Assembly: GCA_013265495.1 (NCBI GenBank)
Contig: MU057701.1
Location: forward strand, 186,001 to 250,000
Reading direction: 5' to 3'
Origin: Vicugna vicugna
Taxonomy: Eukaryota
Length of the DNA stretch: 64,000 nt
This document shows, in pieces, positions 56,873 to 64,000 of this stretch. The notes below the pieces were generated by a model. It did not search any database and was not told the DNA's origin. It was given only the letters and a program-made list of their open reading frames with translations. The position numbers and the translations under genes were made by a program. Each line of letters begins with the position of its first letter. Position 1 is the first letter of the stretch.

Positions 56873-59736
56873 AGGTCAGGCAAAGTTGACTTGGAGACCA
56901 AGCTGAAGTTGCCTTGGGGGCCTGGCCCTGTCCCTGACTTGGGGTGTGACCTTGGAGAATTTTCTCTCACACCCTTTAAATCTCATTCTCCTTATTTACA
57001 AAAGCGGGATGATAGTACTTGATTCAAGGGGGTGTTAGGAGGATTGGATCGGGAGACCGCCAAGCACTGGTCGTTGCTAAGAGCTCGGGAAACGGTGGCT
57101 CCCTCCCCTCCCCTTGCAAGAGTATCTCCTTCACAAAGGAAAACACAGGATGGGCAGAGCACGTGGAAGGCACCTGGCCCTGGAGCCAGAAGGCCTGGCC
57201 GGGCTCCAGCCTGATCGCCAGCAGGGCACGCCTGTCTTACAGTTTCTGCTGCCCCCTCCCCTGCTCCCAAGTGGTAGGAATCACTGCAGCTCGTCTGGAG
57301 AAAAGTGAAGCTGAAATGAGATCCCCAAACAAAACAACCACCTCCCCAAACAGTGTGAAGCGTGGCTCCCCTCCTCCCAGATGCCAGATCCCACGGCGGG
57401 TGGGGGGCGAACTTCCCACCAGGCGCCGAGCCAGGCAGTGGTGCAAGGAGTGTGGGTCGGTGGCCGATGTCTTTTCTCTTGTGTCACCACTCATTGTCCA
57501 TTTGGCACTTACAGCATGTTCTCTGTCGTGACCCTCAGGAGAGTCTCGTACGGAGCAGGGATTTCCCACCTGGATGGGGCATGGGCCCCACCCCCCCGTG
57601 TAGCGCCCAAACGCTAGTCCAGGAGAGGACCTGACAGCTCCTGACCACACGTTCATGATTCTTGGAGGAGTTGAACAACCAGCCAGGCATCTTGCCATCC
57701 GAGGGCCAGAAACCTTGTATGTTTAGGGCGTAAACTGGTCCTGATGCTGAAGCACTCAAAAATCGGAGGTACGAAGTCACGATCTGCAGGCTGAGCTTTG
57801 CCACGTCGAAGGAGGGCCCCACGTCAAGATCCCACTGTCTGCTCTGTGTTTCCAGCCTCACCTCCCACCACGCCTGCTGGGATGCCCGTGGGTCCTCCCC
57901 GGGGGGAGCCACCTGCCCACCCCACTGGGTGCATCCTTCAAGACTCACCTAGAGGCAGCCTTCCCCGCGAAGACTTAACCACATTCATTCATTCCTCCAT
58001 TCATTCATTCAACCTAGCACTGATTCTCCCAGGCACAGGGTCTATATCAAATAAGAAGGTCCTCCCAGCTGCTCAAAAGGGACCCAGCCCTGCCTGCCAC
58101 CATGCTGATCTTTCTCAGACAGAGGGGTCTGTGTACAGAAGCCAGCGAGAAGCAGCCCTACAATGGGTGGATTGGGGGGGCGGCGGTCAGACAGGAGCTG
58201 CCGGTGTGCACCCCTCTGAGGCATCCTGAGGCTCCCCGGAGCCTGATGTGGGGTGAGAAGGTGACAGCTGGGGGGGGAGCTGTGCTGTTTACATTGCTTT
58301 CTCCGGACAAAATCAGCACAAAGTGGGGTTACCGTGATGCTCAAGAGGCCAAAGCTTCAGGTCTTCCCTTGCAGACTCCCTTCCTAGGCCTGGATTCTGT
58401 GCATTTGTAACTGTGTTCTTTTTAAGGCCTGTCGAACTGCAAACTTCAGGGCCCAACAAAATCTGGATCTGTCCTGGTTGGACCATGGGTAAAACCATGC
58501 CCAAACAGGACTTCTCGGGAAGATGGGGTCCTTGTCTGTGGGGGCACCTGGAGGCCCTTTATGAAAGAAGGTTCAGGGGCTCAGAATGTAAATGCATACC
58601 TCTGAGGGGAGCCCACTGCCCCCAGCAGGCCTCCCTACATCAGGCTTTGTGAGGACAGGGACAGTGGGCTTCTGGCGCTGAAACAGGACCGGTCTCTAGG
58701 GAGAGAGTTGGAGATGCCTCCTGCTGGTCCTACACCCTCACTGCCCCCAGGCCAGGAAGGGGGTCTCCCAGTGAGGATTGTGAGTCTTTCCTCTCCTTGC
58801 TCGATTCTCTGGCCCCCCAGACAAGTCAGAGAACACGTTGATCAGGCTGACCTTTTCGATTCCAGCTGGCAGTCCCGATTCGCATCTGAACCTGGCTGCC
58901 TCTGACTTCCCCAAGGGAAGCCCCAGAGGGGACGCCCACCCCTGGGTCCAGCGGCCCCACGTGTCAACAGCCGGCCCCAGTTCACTGCCCAGGCTTGGAC
59001 TGGTCGTGAGTGATCTCCTGCTGGCCTCACCACCCGGAGGCTGCTTGGCGCCGTTCGTGGGGGCCGCACGGCACTGTTTCAGGGCTCGACATTTGCTGAG
59101 AGGTTTTCCATCATTTATTAATGAGCTTTGGCAGCAGCCCTGTGAATTAGAGCTCAGTTGGAGACATGGGCTTTGAGAGGCTGGGCCAGCCAGGCCACTG
59201 GCTTCCGGGGGCTTGTCATCGGCTGCTGGAAGACACTCTGGGCTGCTCCTGCTGTGGGTCGCACCCTGACATCCTTGTCCGCTCAGAGCGACGAGCATGC
59301 ATTTGGGGGAAAAAGGCAGCGTCTCACCCTCGCTGGGACTGGGCTGGGCCCTGGGACAGGTGCACACCCGTCCATCCACCTTTCCCCCGCATCACCATCC
59401 CAGCTGGAGCTCCCATGCACCCTCTCACCCACATGCCTGTCCGCACACAGATAGCTTGACACATCCTGTCGTTCGAAGAAAGAAGCATTTTAAGATCAAG
59501 GCTAATGTTACAAAGTGTTTTTCCTCTAAGGGCAGACACACACGGAGCAGGTGTGTCAGGCACTGTGCCAAGGTCCTCTCGTGCTTTTACCTAATCTTCA
59601 CCCTCAGAGGAGGGTCCTGGGGTTATCCTGGCTATTTGGAGCAGGAAAACAAGGCATGGAGAGGGTCCCAACTTGAACAGCCTGTAATAGACTCAGCCGA
59701 CTGCCAAATTGGCCCTCGGAGTGGCCTAGTCCTAGT

Positions 59737-59808
59737 GACCACGGAGCTGGGTGTCTTGTAAGTAAAAGAATGGACCACGGAGCTGGGTGTCTTGTAAGTA
59801 AAAGAATG
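59737..59808 (+). repeat. Perfect 36-bp tandem duplication
   Basis: GACCACGGAGCTGGGTGTCTTGTAAGTAAAAGAATG x2. Confidence 0.97.
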
Positions 59809-61899
59809 CAACTATGGAACCAGATAATTGCATTCAAATCCTGGCTGTCTCCACTTGCTCTTCATAGCACTTCCTGGAGCCTCAGTTTCCTCCTCTGTGA
59901 AATGGACATGTCAGGCAACAAATATGAGAGCAGCGAGGCCGACACCGGCCCAGCCAGCTCGCGGGTTCCCCATCCTTCCTTCTAAGAGGCTGATGGGGGG
60001 TTAGGGGGTGAGTAAAAGAGTGATATTTCCCAGATGGGGGCGGTGAGGAACTGGGGAGTCACAGCATTGATATGGCGAGGGCTGGAACCACCTTTCCCCT
60101 AGATTATCCAGAAATTCACAGCCTAGTGGACGCCAGTGGAGAGAGCCACTTTGCAAAGTGCCGTAGACTCAATCTAACATCTTTATTTCTCTTTAACAAA
60201 TGTCCCCTGGGGCCGATTTCAAATCAAGTTTATTCTGGTATCTAAAGGTATAAAGCCCATAACTCAGAGGCATTAGATGTAAACTATTCAGGCCTCCGCG
60301 GGCGTGGTGCTGGCTTCCGGCTGTGGCTCGCGCCACCGCTGCCCTGGGTCAAGGCACCGGGACGAGCTTCATTTTCCGGCTGTCGTGTGAACCGCTGGCA
60401 GTGGGCATCCCGGGTTTCCGTCCGCAGACAGGGAGAGGTTCTACCGGGGGCTGACGCATGTGCTGTTCCTATGTCTGGATCCAGATTTCACCTGGGAGGG
60501 AAATGGCTTACTGAGTGATGAGTGCCCTGCCATCGCGCAAGGCGGCTTAGCAAAGGATGGGGAGGGGTGGGAAGTGGGGGGTGGGAGGCTCAGGGTCAGG
60601 ACTTCCAGGCCGGGCAGGGGCGGGACTTGAGAGTCCACACTGCCGTTTGCCCGCCGCTCTCCGTGGGGGCCAGCGTTTTTTCTGAAACATCAAGACTCTG
60701 GGAATTTAGGACAGTGTGTGTTGGATCCAGACAGACCTTGGGGTTTTTCCTTTTTCCTTGTGGCCATCATTTCAACCTTTGGTCTTAGAGTGGGTTAAAG
60801 TGGAGCCTGTCTGACAGCCGGTCACACTGGATCTCCGCTGTGGTTCTCTGAGGGCAGAGCTCCTGGGCGTTCTTCTCTAGAACAGTCGTGTTTATCATAT
60901 TACAATCGGCTTGTGCTTCCTGGAGTGATGTGTTGACCTAGGAGGGTCGATGACAAGCAGCGCCTTTCTCTGGCATCTCTCACTCTTGCCAGTGCCTTTC
61001 AGCTCTGTTATGGGGCGTTCTGGGGGCAACCCTGGGGTGATCACCCGCTGGTGTGGAAGACGGGTGACAGTGCAGAGTGGATGCTCTTTCCACTTTTCCC
61101 ACGTGGACCTGGAACCAGGGGGAGCCAGGAGAGAGCAGTGCCCGCCGACTTCTCCAGCCCCACAGAAGCCCCTTATGGAGACAGAAGCTCAGTGCCGTTC
61201 CTCTGGCATGTTATCAGGCAGATGGGAATAGGAGCTGGAGATTCAAAGGTACACAATTCTCAGACCTGGCCCCCTGAATCAGGCGGGGAGACACAATTTA
61301 AATACAATGCAGGAAGTTGCAGTGATAGGGAAGTGCACATTATAGTGCTCAAAAGGAAGGGGGAAGCAGGTCCAGGAGGGCTTCTTGGAAGGGGCGGCCC
61401 TGGCCCTGATGACATTGGGAGTTCACAAGGCTGAATGGGGGAGGAAACTCCAGGCCAGGGGGAGAACCGAAAGCAGAACATAGTTCAGAAGAGCATGACA
61501 GGAACCAGGAATCCTCGTGGGGTCAGCCCTGAGACTCGGGGTCAGCAGGAATCAGCCCATGATGGCTGGCACGCCCAGACTTGTTCCTGGGGGAGGAGGA
61601 AAATCATCTATGGTGCTGTGGTCAGAGTCCCGTGTCACCAGAAGGAAGGTGATTTCAAGGGAGGCAGTGACAAGGTTACCAGTTAAGAGAAAGGTTATGC
61701 AAGCCCAGCCATGGCGAGGTCGTGGAGAGCGGGCGGATCTCTGTCTACTTGGCCTGGCCTGAAACGGAAGCTGGTGAGAGGCAGGCGCTCCCGAGGTGGT
61801 CCGGGGAGCTGGTGGGACATTCCGTTGTATGGGCTGGGCCTCCTTCAACCCTCTCCTGGCCAGCTGGTGCCTGTACGAATGTGTTATAGAGCGTGTGTG

Positions 61900-62100
61900 A
61901 CGGCAGTAGGGCTGAGTGGCTTCAGTGCTGAGGCTTTGAGGGATGGCTGCCTGTGTTCTACCCTGGGCAGCCCTGGGCAAGTCATTTAACCGCTCACGGC
62001 CTCAGTTTTTCCATCTGTAAAATGGAGTCAATAGCAGCCCCACAGGAGAGGGTTGTAGTGAGGACAAAATGAGTTAAAACATAAACACTTGATAAGCATG
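61900..62100 (+). mobile_element. MIR SINE
   Basis: CCCTGGGCAAGTCATTTAACCGCTCACGGCCTCAGTTTTTCCATCTGTAAAATGG...AAATGAGTTAA. Confidence 0.85.
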
Positions 62101-63399
62101 TTAACTAACTGATGTGTGCTAGCTGCTGGTGGTCACAGGAGTTCTGGTAGCACAGGAACAACTGCTTGACCCCAGAAGGCTCCCCTCTGCAGGCTTTGGT
62201 CCTGTGTCCCTTGTGCATCTGCAAAGTCTAGCAAGAAACCAGAGCAACTGCAACTGTTAGGGTAGCGGAGGCTCCCAGTTCAGGCTGTCTGACTGGGCGG
62301 CCTCCGGGGAGCCAGGCTTTATGTCGATGACTTAGGGAGAGGGCCGACTTCTCCCCCGACTTTCAGTGGGCCTGGGACGGAGTGGTGGGTAATAGATTCA
62401 GAAGCCCCCAGAGAGGAGGTAACATTTAGTGATGTCCAAACACAGATTGCTTCCTCATCAGGTGAGGACCATGGGCCCTCACCAGCCTTACCCCGCGCGC
62501 TCTCCAGGCAGAATCCCACTGCATTCCAAGCCGCTCCCGCCTGTCTCTGTGTCTCTCGCCAGCATTTCTCTTGCTTAATAGTGAGGAGCTGCAGCACGGC
62601 TTCCCATTAACTTTCATCCTCCCCATAAACAGCCTGCTTGACTCACAGCGACAATTGTTCTGCTCTGTTCCCGGGGGGTTCTCCATCATCCTCTCGCTCC
62701 CAGCCAGCCTGTAACCGCCGAGGCCCAGCCCGCCGACGCCCCACTCACCAGCCCTGCTGTGCTGAGAGGGAGGAAAGCTGGGTTTTACATTTGGTTTACT
62801 TTTCTCTTTTGCCTTCAAGCAAAGGCCCCAGGCCTCAGCTCCAAACCTCCTGGAGGAAGTGGAGGAAAGTGAGCTGTCCCTGGGAACGAAAGGTCCAGGA
62901 GGCAGGGGAGGGACCACAGGCACAGGACATGTGCCCTGGAACCCGGAGCTGGCAACAGAGACAGGGGTGTGGGTGTGGCCTCTGGGATGAACAGGGAGGG
63001 GCACAGGAGGACTGGCAGGGGCTAGTGGCCACGTCCTCCAGACCCTGAGTCTGGGCACAGCCGGAAAGAAGTGGGTGAAGCAGCCCGGGGAGGCCACTTG
63101 GAGAGGGCACTAGTGTCCCTGAGCCAAGGCTGCTTTCCAGGGGCGATGGATGCTTAGTCTAAAGCCGGATAGGGGTGGGCATGAATTCACCTTGGGGAAT
63201 CCTCCCTCTCTGCCTCAAATTAGCAGGTGACTGTGAGTGAGACTTTCGTCCCAGAGCCTGGATTCCAGCTGCCTTCTTGTCTCTGCTCTGTACCCCCACC
63301 ATGCAGAGGGACAGAACTTTCTCAAAACTTCAAGGTTCCCTCTGGTTCCGAGACCCTGCCATCTCCCATCTCTGCCCCCAGCCCAGGCCCTCCACCTCC

Positions 63400-63720
63400 A
63401 GCCACCGCATGGACCTCCTCTGACCTCCCCAGATGTGCTCCAACCGCCTACCTCTTCCCTCCGGGCCTCAGCAGTGCCAGTCCCTCTGCCTGGAGCTCAT
63501 CCACCCTGTCTTCCCGCGGCCGGTTCCTGCTCGTCCTTCACGACCCAGCTCCAGTGCCAGTTCCTTGGGCAGCTTCCCTGACCCCATTACAGGCTCCCCA
63601 GCACCTTTGGTGATGCCAAGTCAAGAGAGTCTGGCTCGCTCCCCGCTGTGGCCCAGTGTCCCGCCTGGCGCCTGGCACACGGTAGGCCCTCGGCACGGTG
63701 GTTGCTGACTTGAACTGAGG
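63400..63720 (+). mobile_element. L2 LINE 3' portion
   Basis: TTCACGACCCAGCTCCAGTGCC...CCTGGCACACGGTAGGCCCTC...TTGCTGACTTGAACTGA. Confidence 0.6.
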
Positions 63721-64000
63721 GGGGACTGGATGGCTGTCAATCCACAGCTGCTCCACCAGCACTGGAGGGGTCCTTGTGGGGGGAGATGGCACTGACATGC
63801 TCTCTCTGGCTCCAGAGAGAATGGAAGGTACCAGGTCCAGCAATAATGAAGCCCTTCCAGAAACATCACCAGGCAGTGGACCGAGCACAGTCAGGACATC
63901 CGGTGCTCTGAGGGTTGGGGACAAAGAGACAGGGCCCTGGGTGCGGCTGAATAGCCCAGGTGCTGAGTCCCGTCCAAGCCCAGGGCTCGGTGTCTCCTCA

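Larger units (their letters stand above)
32319..64000 (+). other. CACNG4: CACNG4 intron 1 (partial, runs past the window end)
   Basis: Begins at the GT donor. No downstream ORF in the track resembles the expected exon-2 peptide (GIYKGHCFRINHFPED-like). Repeat-rich sequence. Confidence 0.85.

Noticed and set aside
59737..59808. 36-bp direct repeats as a CRISPR-like array
   Set aside because: Only two copies, no spacer, and a mammalian context.

Overview
Mammalian genomic DNA, probably a cetartiodactyl and plausibly a camelid: there are no Alu, B1, Bov-A, PRE-1, CHR-2 or CAN SINEs, and the young L1 tails and a MER41-like LTR resemble cetartiodactyl families. The only protein-coding sequence I can support is the first coding exon of CACNG4 (TARP gamma-4, 32099-32318, + strand), inside a CpG island that is partly hidden by an N gap. 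About 31 kb upstream is intergenic, and the remainder is the long first intron; exon 2 is not in the window. The rest is typical eutherian repeat debris (MIR, L2, L1M, MLT/MaLR, MER DNA transposons) plus several candidate regulatory blocks. Nearly all ORFs in the supplied track are chance ORFs. I found no evidence of a new multi-gene system. The most notable observations are an out-of-frame upstream ORF overlapping the CACNG4 start codon, a 191-bp tandem duplication and RFX X-boxes in the CpG island, a 62-bp 5'-truncated L1 insertion with a perfect 14-bp target-site duplication, a MER41-like solo LTR, several small duplications, and a 1.37-kb gap-flanking duplication that is probably an assembly artefact. 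Repeat families were assigned by eye from memory of consensus sequences, and their boundaries are approximate.
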